From positions 85 to 64,084 of the forward strand of contig SLSW01000268.1 in the NCBI GenBank assembly GCA_007130245.1: DNA of 64,000 nucleotides, given 5' to 3'. The position numbers and the translations under genes were made by a program. Source of the DNA: Micromonosporaceae bacterium (GTDB taxonomy: Bacteria > Actinomycetota > Actinomycetes > Mycobacteriales > Micromonosporaceae). Positions 1 to 7,714 of this stretch are shown one piece after another (within the stretch, counting starts at the first letter, position 1; every line of letters starts with the position of its first letter). Under the pieces are notes generated by a model. The model was not told the DNA's origin. It did no database searches and was given only the letters and a program-made list of their open reading frames with translations.

Positions 1-1008
1 AACTCCTACGGCTGCCACGAGAACTACCTGGTCTCCCGGCACGGCGAGTTCGGGCGGCTGGCCGACGTGCTGATCCCGTTTCTGGTCACCCGCCAGCTCA
101 TCGCCGGCGGCGGCAAGGTGCTGCAGACCCCGCGCGGGGCGGTCTACTGCCTGTCGCAGCGCGCCGAGCACATCTGGGAGGGCGTGTCGTCGGCGACCAC
201 CCGCTCGCGCCCGATCATCAACACCCGCGACGAGCCGCACGCCGACGCCGAACGCTACCGTCGGCTGCACGTGATCGTCGGCGACTCGAACATGAACGAG
301 GTCACCACCCTGCTGAAGGTGGGCGCCGCCGACATCGTGCTGCGCATGATCGAGTCCGGGGTGGTGATGCGGGACCTGACCCTGGAGAACCCGATCCGCG
401 CCATCCGCGAGGTCTCCCACGACGTCACCGGCCGGCGCAAGGTGCGCCTGGCCAACGGCAAGGAAGCCAGCGCGCTGGAGATCCAGCAGGAATACTTCGC
501 CAAGGCCTCCGACTTCGTGGAGCGCCGTGGTGGCGGGCAGGTCGACAAGCGGGTCATCGACCTGTGGGGCCGGGTGCTGGAGGCGGTCGAGACCGGTGAG
601 CTCGACCCGGTCGCCCGGGAGATCGACTGGGTGACCAAGCTGCGCATGCTCGAGTCGTACCAGCGCCGCCACGATCTGCCGCTGGCGCACCCGCGCATCG
701 CCCAGCTGGACCTGGCCTACCACGACGTGCGGCGCCGGCGCGGGCTGTTCGGGCTGCTGGAACACCGTGGTGAGGTGGACCGGGTCGTCAGCGACCTGGA
801 GATCTTCGAGGCCAAGGAGACCCCGCCGCAGACCACCCGGGCGCGACTGCGTGGCGAGTTCATCCGCCACGCCCAGCAGAAACGGCGCGACTTCACCGTC
901 GACTGGGTGCACCTGAAGCTCAACGACCAGGCGCAGCGCACCGTGCTGTGCAAGGACCCGTTCCGCTCGCACGACGAGCGGGTCGAGCGCCTCATCGCCA
1001 GCATGTAG
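1..1008 (+). CDS. pafA: Pup--protein ligase PafA, 5' truncated by window edge
   Basis: Frame 1 is open from base 1. The translation ([11 protein letters not shown]...[11 protein letters not shown]...[13 protein letters not shown]) matches the PafA C-terminal region. pafB and pafC lie downstream. Confidence 0.9.
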   Translation, partial: NSYGCHENYLVSRHGEFGRLADVLIPFLVTRQLIAGGGKVLQTPRGAVYCLSQRAEHIWEGVSSATTRSRPIINTRDEPHADAERYRRLHVIVGDSNMNEVTTLLKVGAADIVLRMIESGVVMRDLTLENPIRAIREVSHDVTGRRKVRLANGKEASALEIQQEYFAKASDFVERRGGGQVDKRVIDLWGRVLEAVETGELDPVAREIDWVTKLRMLESYQRRHDLPLAHPRIAQLDLAYHDVRRRRGLFGLLEHRGEVDRVVSDLEIFEAKETPPQTTRARLRGEFIRHAQQKRRDFTVDWVHLKLNDQAQRTVLCKDPFRSHDERVERLIASM

Positions 1009-1022
1009 GCGACCATAGTGGC

Positions 1023-1205
1023 ATGATCGCCCCCGAACCCGACCGCCGCACCTGGCTGCAACGTCGCCGCGACAAGGTGGTCGAAGAGATCGAACGCAAC
1101 CGGCGTGGCGACCACAAGGTTCCCACCTGGGTGCTCACCGTGATCCTGCTCGCGATCGTCGGTGGCTGGGCCGCCGTGGTGACCCTCGCCGGAGCCCCCG
1201 GCTGA
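1023..1205 (+). CDS. small hypothetical membrane protein
   Basis: 60-aa ORF from ATG 1023 with one hydrophobic helix (WVLTVILLAIVGGWAAVVTLAG). No family recognised. Confidence 0.4.
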   Translation: MIAPEPDRRTWLQRRRDKVVEEIERNRRGDHKVPTWVLTVILLAIVGGWAAVVTLAGAPG

Positions 1206-1299
1206 AGAGGGCGCCCCTGTGCCGGCTCGAGCCGGATGCGGGGCGCCCTACTCGAGGTCGGCACCCAAGCGGGGCGCCCTCCTCAATCGGGAGGAGCGC

Positions 1300-2400
1300 T
1301 CAGGGTGCCAGCAGGCACGCCGCATAGCGCCCAGCGGCCGCGGCGGCCAGGAAGTACGCGTGGTCGGAGTCGAGATCGCGACCCATCGTGGACAGCCGCG
1401 CCGGGCTGGCGCGCAGCGCTTCGTCGAGCCCGGCGACGTCCACGGTGACAATGCGGTGCCGCGACGGCAGCGCGTCGAGCGCGGCCATGACTTCGCGGTG
1501 CAGTTCCGGGTCGAGACCGCCGGGCACCACCAGGTCGGCGCCGGCCAGCGCGACCTGCCCGTAGGCGGTCAGGCTGTGGTGCGACACCCCCCGGTGCCGG
1601 GGCCGCGGATCGGCCCCGGAGATGCGCAACGCCCCCACCGGCTGTCCGCCCAACACCGCGGCGGCGTTGACCGCCTCGCCGACAGCCACCCCGGAGAAAC
1701 CGAACCGGGTGCCGGTGCCCAGGTTGCCCGGCCCCTGCGCCACCACCGTCACGTCCGCGCCCAGCACGTGACGCGCGGCCAGCAGGCCGGAGTGCAGGCT
1801 GGCGGCCTCGAGGTCACCGCCGAACGCCTGACCCGCGGTGACCATCCCGGCCAGCCGGGCGCCCAGCGCGTCGACGGTACGCGAGAACCACGCCGGCAGC
1901 GCGCCGCCGTCGGTCATCACGTACGCCACCGCCGCGTCGGCGGCCTGCGCGTGCACCCCGGCCACCACCGCCGGCAGAGCCGAGTGCAGGTCCGCGGTGA
2001 CCACCGGCATCCCGGCCAGGTCCTCAGCGTCGGCCAACGCCGCATAGTGGGGCGACGACTGCTCGTCGACGCCGGCCACCATGGTCTGCAACGGCGTGTA
2101 GCGGGCCTTGACCAGATGCCCGTCACCGTCACCAGCGGCCTTATCCGGCGGCAACCGGTCCGGAATCGCCACCACAAACGCGTACCCGCCGGTGCCCAGG
2201 CCCAGTGCCAGCGCGTTGACATTGAGCAGTACCCGGTCGCCGACGGCCGGTTCGCCCACCAGCGTCGGGTACGCCAGCGCCGGCACCTGCGCCACCTTGT
2301 CACCCTCGCGCGGTTCCAGCCTGACCGTCACCTCCTGCGCGCCGCGCCACGAGCGCCCGCGGGCCGCCACCGTGCCGGCGCGCCATCTGATTCCCGTCAC
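1300..2400 (-). CDS. DUF3866 family protein
   Basis: ORF 1300..2436. The likely start is GTG at 2400 (VTGIRWRAGTV...). Its length and position between pafA and pafBC are typical of DUF3866; the family call is from memory. Confidence 0.7.
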   Translation of the reverse strand: MTGIRWRAGTVAARGRSWRGAQEVTVRLEPREGDKVAQVPALAYPTLVGEPAVGDRVLLNVNALALGLGTGGYAFVVAIPDRLPPDKAAGDGDGHLVKARYTPLQTMVAGVDEQSSPHYAALADAEDLAGMPVVTADLHSALPAVVAGVHAQAADAAVAYVMTDGGALPAWFSRTVDALGARLAGMVTAGQAFGGDLEAASLHSGLLAARHVLGADVTVVAQGPGNLGTGTRFGFSGVAVGEAVNAAAVLGGQPVGALRISGADPRPRHRGVSHHSLTAYGQVALAGADLVVPGGLDPELHREVMAALDALPSRHRIVTVDVAGLDEALRASPARLSTMGRDLDSDHAYFLAAAAAGRYAACLLAP

Positions 2401-2453
2401 AGCATTGACGCTAGCGGCGCGGCACGACGGACACACGTACGGGTGGTGCTACC

Positions 2454-3437
2454 GTGAGGGGAGTGTCCCGTGCGCGCACCGAACGCCTGGTCAATCTGGT
2501 GATCTGCCTGCTGGCGACGCGGCGTTTCCTGACCGCCGCGCAGATCGCCGCGACCGTGCCCGGCTACGGGCACAACCCGGACGACCCGCGCGAGCACGAG
2601 GCGTTCCAGCGAAAGTTCGAGCGCGACAAGGCCGAACTGCGGGCGCTGGGGGTGCCGTTGGAGACCGGCACCGACAGCGTGTTCGACACCGAGCCCGGCT
2701 ACCGCATCGCCCGGCGCGAGTACGCGTTGCCGGACATCCCGATGGAGCCCGACGAGGCGGCGGTGGTCGGCATCGCGGCGCGGCTGTGGCAGCACGCCGG
2801 GTTGGCCGCGGCCGCCTCCTCCGGGCTGACCAAGCTGCGCGCCGCCGGAGTGGACCTGGACCCGCACGCCACCCTGGCGGTCGAACCAGTGGTCACCGTC
2901 GACGCCGCGTTCGGCCCGCTGGTGGCCGCCGCGCGGGCGCGGCAGGAGGTCAGCTTCGACTACCGGGTTCCCGAGCGTGACGAGGCGACGCGGCGGCGGC
3001 TGCACCCGTGGGGAGTGGTGTGCTGGCGGGGGCGGTGGTATGTGGTCGGCCATGACCTGGATCGCGACGCCGCCCGCTGCTTCCGCCTGTCACGCATCGT
3101 CGGCGCGGTGAGCACCCGCGGACCCGAGGGCGCGTTCACGCCACCAGCGGACGTCGACCTCATCAGCCACGTGGCGCGGTGGTGGGGTCCGGACGAGCCG
3201 CACGGGCGCGCCACGGTGCTGGTGCGACCGGGCCGTGCCGACGGGCTGCGGCGGCGCGCCGAAAGGCTGGAGTCCGGTGCGCACGGGGACGTGGCGGTGC
3301 TGCCGTACCACTGCCCGGATTCGCTGGCCTCCTGGCTGGTCAGCTTCGGCACCGACGTGCGGGTGCTGGAGCCGCCGGAGGTGCGCGACGCGGTGATCAG
3401 CCGGCTCAAGGAGATCACCACCCTGGAGGGGCCGTGA
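2454..3437 (+). CDS. pafB: proteasome accessory factor PafB (HTH + WYL regulator)
   Basis: The N-terminus (RTERLVNLVICLLATRRFLTAAQIA) is a winged HTH and the protein has a WYL-type C-terminus. It has a 4-nt overlap with pafC. Confidence 0.85.
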   Translation: MRGVSRARTERLVNLVICLLATRRFLTAAQIAATVPGYGHNPDDPREHEAFQRKFERDKAELRALGVPLETGTDSVFDTEPGYRIARREYALPDIPMEPDEAAVVGIAARLWQHAGLAAAASSGLTKLRAAGVDLDPHATLAVEPVVTVDAAFGPLVAAARARQEVSFDYRVPERDEATRRRLHPWGVVCWRGRWYVVGHDLDRDAARCFRLSRIVGAVSTRGPEGAFTPPADVDLISHVARWWGPDEPHGRATVLVRPGRADGLRRRAERLESGAHGDVAVLPYHCPDSLASWLVSFGTDVRVLEPPEVRDAVISRLKEITTLEGP

Positions 3438-4456
3438 GCGGGCGTACCACGGGCTCCGGCTCGACCGGCTGGCTGGCGCGACTGCTGAACCTGGTGCCGT
3501 ACCTGCAGGCACGTCCCGGCATCCGCATCGCCGAGGCCGCCGCCGACCTCGGCGTGTCCGAGCAGCAGCTGCGGGACGACCTGGAGCTGCTGTGGGTGTG
3601 CGGGCTGCCCGGCTACGGGCCCGGTGACCTGATCGACATGGCCTTCGACGGTGACCGGGTCACCATCACCTACGACGCCGGCATGGACCGCCCGCTGCGG
3701 TTGACACCGGACGAGGCGGTGGCGCTGGTGGTGGCGTTGCGGCTGCTGGCGGCCACCCCGGGGGTCGCCGACCGGGAGCCGATCGAGCGCGCCTGCGCCA
3801 AGATCGAACAGGCGGCGGGCGGGGCCGCGCCGGTGGCGGTGCGGCTGGCCGGTGACCCCGGCCGTCTCGACGAGGTCCGGCAGGCGGTGGCGCAGCACCG
3901 GGCGCTGGAGCTGACGTACTACTCGGCCACCCGCGACCGCACCAGCGTGCGGGTGGTCGACCCGATGCGGGTGATGATGGTCGGCGGGCACGGCTACCTG
4001 GAGGCGTGGTGCCGCAGCGCGCAGCAGGTGCGGCGGTTCCGGGCCGATCGAATCGACGCGATGCGGGTGCTGGCGCAGGCCGCGGCTGCGCCGCCACACG
4101 CGCGCCCGACCCCGATCGAGGGTGGGGTGTTCCAGCCGGGCGCGGAGCTGCCGCTGGTCACGCTGCGGGTGGGACGGCGGGCACGCTGGATCGCCGAGTA
4201 CTACCCGTGCGAGCAGGTCCAGGAGTCGGCAGACGGCTGGCTGGTGTCGCTGCGGGTGACCGATCTGGCCTGGGCGCGGCGGCTGGTGCTGGGCCTGGGG
4301 CCGGAGGTGACGGTGGTGGCGCCGGAGGCGCTGGCCGCCGACGTGCACGCCCACGCCGCAGCCGCCCTGCAGGCGTATGCCTCACCGGACGGGTTGGCCG
4401 TCTCGCCGGAGCGGGTGGCCGCCTCGCCGGAGGCGGCGCCGACCACACCCGGGTAG
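3434..4456 (+). CDS. pafC: proteasome accessory factor PafC (HTH + WYL regulator)
   Basis: GTG start at 3434 overlaps the pafB stop. The sequence LARLLNLVPYLQARPGIRIAEAAADLGVSEQQLRDDLELLWVCGLPGYGPGDLID is typical of PafC. Confidence 0.85.
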   Translation: MSGRTTGSGSTGWLARLLNLVPYLQARPGIRIAEAAADLGVSEQQLRDDLELLWVCGLPGYGPGDLIDMAFDGDRVTITYDAGMDRPLRLTPDEAVALVVALRLLAATPGVADREPIERACAKIEQAAGGAAPVAVRLAGDPGRLDEVRQAVAQHRALELTYYSATRDRTSVRVVDPMRVMMVGGHGYLEAWCRSAQQVRRFRADRIDAMRVLAQAAAAPPHARPTPIEGGVFQPGAELPLVTLRVGRRARWIAEYYPCEQVQESADGWLVSLRVTDLAWARRLVLGLGPEVTVVAPEALAADVHAHAAAALQAYASPDGLAVSPERVAASPEAAPTTPG

Positions 4457-4466
4457 GGTCGGGGCC

Positions 4467-4718
4467 GTGGTGTGGTGGATCGTGGCCGGTGTGACGCTCG
4501 GGGCGCTGCTGGTGCTGCTGGCAGCCGCGGCGGCCACCGGAAGCCGGCTCATGGAGCTGCAGCGGGTGGCCGACCTGGCCGCCCGCCAGGCCGACGCCGA
4601 GCAACGGCGGCTGCAGGCACGGGCGGTGCGGGTGCAGGCGGCAGTGGCGGATCTGCAGCGGCGCACCACCGAGACACAGCGGCTGTTGGCCCGGTTCAGG
4701 CAACCGGACGTACGATAG
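4467..4718 (+). CDS. hypothetical membrane-anchored coiled-coil protein
   Basis: GTG 4467 in the frame of ORF 4377..4718. It has an N-terminal TM helix (VVWWIVAGVTLGALLVLLAAAAA) followed by a charged helical tail. Confidence 0.4.
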   Translation: MVWWIVAGVTLGALLVLLAAAAATGSRLMELQRVADLAARQADAEQRRLQARAVRVQAAVADLQRRTTETQRLLARFRQPDVR

Positions 4719-4751
4719 GCGCGTCATCGGCCACAGACCGGGAGTGAAGGT

Positions 4752-5036
4752 ATGAACTTCGGCAACATCATGCGGCCGGGCGTGCTGATCGTCCTGATCG
4801 TGGTGCTGATCCTGCTGTTCGGCGCCAAGCGGCTGCCGGACGCGGCCCGGTCCCTGGGGCGCTCGCTGCGCATCATCAAGGCCGAGACCCGCGGGCTGGC
4901 CGACGAGGACAAGACCGACGATCTCGACGAAAAGGGCGACGCCCAGGCCGGTCACGAGCCGCTGACGCGTGAATCCGACGGGGAGGCTGCCACCGGCGAG
5001 GTGATCGACCCGCCGCGTCGGGTCCGAGACAGCTGA
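4752..5036 (+). CDS. tatA: twin-arginine translocase subunit TatA
   Basis: [43 protein letters not shown] is a canonical TatA/E N-terminus. Confidence 0.9.
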   Translation: MNFGNIMRPGVLIVLIVVLILLFGAKRLPDAARSLGRSLRIIKAETRGLADEDKTDDLDEKGDAQAGHEPLTRESDGEAATGEVIDPPRRVRDS

Positions 5037-5084
5037 CCGGCCGGCGATGCGTACCGGCGCCTGCGCCGCGCGAGGGCGGCACGG

Positions 5085-6044
5085 ATGAGGTCGCGGCTGC
5101 CCTGGCGGCGCGGGCCGAGCCGGTTCCAGCGCGCCTCCGACGGCTCGATGACCCTGATCGAGCACTTCCTGGAGCTGCGCAGCCGGCTGTTCAAGGCGAG
5201 CCTGGCGGTGGTGGCCGGCCTGGTCGTGGGGCTGATCGTGATGCGCGAGGTGCGCCGGTTCCTGTCCCGCCCGTACTGCCGCACGCTGGAGGAGATGGGG
5301 CAGCTCGGCCCGGGCGAGCAGTGCGGCTTCACGCAGCTCGGACCGACGGATGTGTTCCTGCTCGATCTGAAGATCGCGCTCGGGGTGGGGCTGCTGCTGG
5401 CCGCCCCGGTGTGGCTGTACCAGCTGTGGGCGTTCATCGCGCCGGGCCTGCACCGGCGCGAACGACGGTGGGCGTACGTGTTCGCCGCGATCGCGGCGCC
5501 GCTGTTCGCCGGCGGTGCGGTGCTGACATTCTTCGTGCTGGAGCGCGCGCTGGGTTTCCTGCTGTCGATAGCCGGCGATGAGATCGTCACCCAGTTGGAG
5601 ATCACCCGGTACGTGTCGTTCGTGGTGACGCTGATGCTCACCGCCGGGTTCGCCTTCCAGTTCCCGCTGGTGGTGCTGATGCTCAACTTCACCGGCATCG
5701 CCAGCGCCCGCAGGCTGCTCGGCTGGTGGCGGGCGACGGTGTTCGTCATGTTCCTGCTCGCCGCGATGATCACCCCGACTCCGGAGCCGTTCACGATGAT
5801 CGTGATCGGGCTGGCGTTGTCGTCGCTGTACTTCACCGCGGTGGGGGTGGCGTTCCTGAACGACCGGCGGCGGGCGAGGAAGGCTGGCCTGTACGGCGAC
5901 CTGGCCGATGACGAGATCTCGCCGCTGGACGAGCACCCCCAGCCGGTGGAACGCTCCGAGCCGGTGGCGGCCGCCGGGGCGCAGACCCCGCCGACGGCCT
6001 CGCCGCAGACGCCTCCACCACGCCACTTCGACGACACCACCTGA
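5085..6044 (+). CDS. tatC: twin-arginine translocase subunit TatC
   Basis: It has the MTLIEHFLELRSRL motif, is polytopic, and lies directly downstream of tatA. Confidence 0.9.
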   Translation: MRSRLPWRRGPSRFQRASDGSMTLIEHFLELRSRLFKASLAVVAGLVVGLIVMREVRRFLSRPYCRTLEEMGQLGPGEQCGFTQLGPTDVFLLDLKIALGVGLLLAAPVWLYQLWAFIAPGLHRRERRWAYVFAAIAAPLFAGGAVLTFFVLERALGFLLSIAGDEIVTQLEITRYVSFVVTLMLTAGFAFQFPLVVLMLNFTGIASARRLLGWWRATVFVMFLLAAMITPTPEPFTMIVIGLALSSLYFTAVGVAFLNDRRRARKAGLYGDLADDEISPLDEHPQPVERSEPVAAAGAQTPPTASPQTPPPRHFDDTT

Positions 6045-6056
6045 CCCCCCTTCTCC

Positions 6057-6120
6057 CGTTGATCTAGGGATTGTTCACGTAGTTCGATCTTCGACCACGT
6101 GAAAAATCCCTAGATCAACG
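6057..6120. repeat. 64-bp near-perfect palindrome (REP-like element or bidirectional terminator)
   Basis: CGTTGATCTAGGGATT (6057-6072) is the exact reverse complement of AATCCCTAGATCAACG (6105-6120). The inner arms GTTCACGT and ACGTGAAA match 7 of 8, and the loop is 16 nt. Confidence 0.8.
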
Positions 6121-6151
6121 GTGAGGTGGGGATGTGCGGTAGGGTGCCGTC

Positions 6152-7060
6152 GTGAGTGTGTCCGGACCGGTCGCGGTGCTGACCAATCCCTCCGCGGGCG
6201 GGCGGCGCCAGCGACAGCTGGTGCCGGAGATCACCGCGCGGCTGGCGTCGCGTGACGCCGAGCTGATGCTGGTGACCGCCCGGACCGCTGCCGAGGCCGA
6301 GCAGGCGTGCCTGCAGGCGCTGGACCGCGGCGCGGGCGCCCTGATCGCCATCGGCGGCGACGGCACATTCCACACCGCCATCCAGGCCGTGGCCGGCACG
6401 AAGACACCGTTCGCGGTGGTGCCGGCCGGCAGCGGCAACGACTTCGCGGCCGCGCTGGGGATCCCGGCCGATCCACTGGCCGCGGCCGGGCAGGTCGCCG
6501 AGGCGCTGCGCACCGGCACCACCCGGGCGCTGGATCTGGCGCGGGTGACCGGCGCCGACGGCACGCAGCGGTGGTACGGCGCGGTGTTCGCCGCAGGTTT
6601 CGACGCGATCGTCAACGAACGGGCCAACCGGATGCGCTGGCCGCGGGGCGACCGCCGCTACGATCTCGCCATCCTGCTGGAACTGCTGACGTTGCGCCCA
6701 CGCCACTACCGCATCCGCCTCGACGGCGGGGAGCCGATGAGTCTGGAGGCGGTGCTGGTGGCGGTGGGCAACTCGCCCAGCTACGGCGGTGGGATCCGGA
6801 TCTGCCCGACCGCCGACCCCGCCGACGGGATGCTGGACGTGGTGATCGGGCACCGGATGGGTCGGATCACTCTGGCGAGTCTGTGGCCGCGCGCCTACCG
6901 CGGCACCCACCTGAACCACCCGCGGGTCGACAGCCACCGCGCCCGCACGATCGAACTGGACGCCGACGGCGTGGTCGGATACGCCGACGGGGAGCGGTGC
7001 ATGCCGCTCCCCGTCACCATCACCTGCGAGCCCGGCGCTCTGCGGGTGCTTACTCCTTGA
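6152..7060 (+). CDS. diacylglycerol kinase family lipid kinase
   Basis: It has the IAIGGDGTFH and VPAGSGNDFA motifs of the DAGK catalytic domain. Confidence 0.85.
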   Translation: MSVSGPVAVLTNPSAGGRRQRQLVPEITARLASRDAELMLVTARTAAEAEQACLQALDRGAGALIAIGGDGTFHTAIQAVAGTKTPFAVVPAGSGNDFAAALGIPADPLAAAGQVAEALRTGTTRALDLARVTGADGTQRWYGAVFAAGFDAIVNERANRMRWPRGDRRYDLAILLELLTLRPRHYRIRLDGGEPMSLEAVLVAVGNSPSYGGGIRICPTADPADGMLDVVIGHRMGRITLASLWPRAYRGTHLNHPRVDSHRARTIELDADGVVGYADGERCMPLPVTITCEPGALRVLTP

Positions 7061-7529
7061 CCTCGCCGGACTTCGCCTCGATCACCCGGGACGAGCCGCT
7101 GGCGCCCTTGACCTCAATCTTGCGCGGCGGCTCCACCGGCTTGGTCACGTTCTTGACCCGCACCCTCAGCAGGCCCTTGTCCGCCTCGGCCTCGATCTGG
7201 TCCGCGGTCACGCCCTCGGGCAGCTGGAAGGAGCGGCGGAACGAGCCGTAGCGCACCTCGCGCACCAGCACCTTGCCGCGGCTGTCCTCGGTGCGGTCGT
7301 GCCGCTCGCCGCTGATGGTCAACCTGCCCTCGGCGACCTCGATGTCGACGTCGTCCACATCCACTCCGGGCAGCTCCAGCGAGATCACGACGTCGGCGCC
7401 GTCGGTGGCCATCTCGACCGGCGGCACGTACTGGTAGCTGGCCGAGCCAAAGGTCCGGCGCACCAGGTCGTCGAACTCCTCATCCATACGCGACAGCGCG
7501 GTGAACGGGTCCCAACGCATGATCGGCAT
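7050..7529 (-). CDS. Hsp20/alpha-crystallin small heat shock protein
   Basis: The likely start is MPIMRWDPF at 7529. The alpha-crystallin core reads DVVISLELPGVDVDDVDIEV...RSFQLPEGV...GLLRVRV. Confidence 0.9.
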   Translation of the reverse strand: MPIMRWDPFTALSRMDEEFDDLVRRTFGSASYQYVPPVEMATDGADVVISLELPGVDVDDVDIEVAEGRLTISGERHDRTEDSRGKVLVREVRYGSFRRSFQLPEGVTADQIEAEADKGLLRVRVKNVTKPVEPPRKIEVKGASGSSRVIEAKSGEVKE

Positions 7530-7573
7530 CACACGACCTCCTTCTCCTCGACACGTGTTGCCGACGAGCGGGG

Positions 7574-7600
7574 TTAGCACTCATGGGGTAGGAGTGCTAA
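7574..7600. promoter_or_regulatory. CIRCE operator (HrcA binding site)
   Basis: TTAGCACTC-N9-GAGTGCTAA is an exact match to the CIRCE consensus. It lies 45-71 nt upstream of the hsp20 start codon. Confidence 0.85.
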
Positions 7601-7714
7601 GTCCCGACACCATGATATACACCCGCGGCGGCGTGATTATTCCCACCCGGGTCCCCTGGCGCGGCAGTAGCTGTGGAGTGCGTCACATGCCGCACGAACA
7701 TCTAGCCTGGAGGT

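Noticed and set aside
4158-6026. 622-aa minus-strand ORF opposite pafC-tatA-tatC. Similar long antisense ORFs include 2960-4354, 15672-17246, 36470-38338, 43472-45757, 53375-54919 and 57438-58652.
   Set aside because: Their translations are low-complexity R/G/P/H/Q-rich with no motifs. Each lies opposite a gene with strong family signatures. They are artefacts of stop-codon scarcity in high-GC DNA.
5908-6102. 64-aa ORF running through the tatC 3' end into the palindrome
   Set aside because: It overlaps tatC out of frame, and its unique part is just one arm of the palindrome. It is very unlikely to be coding.
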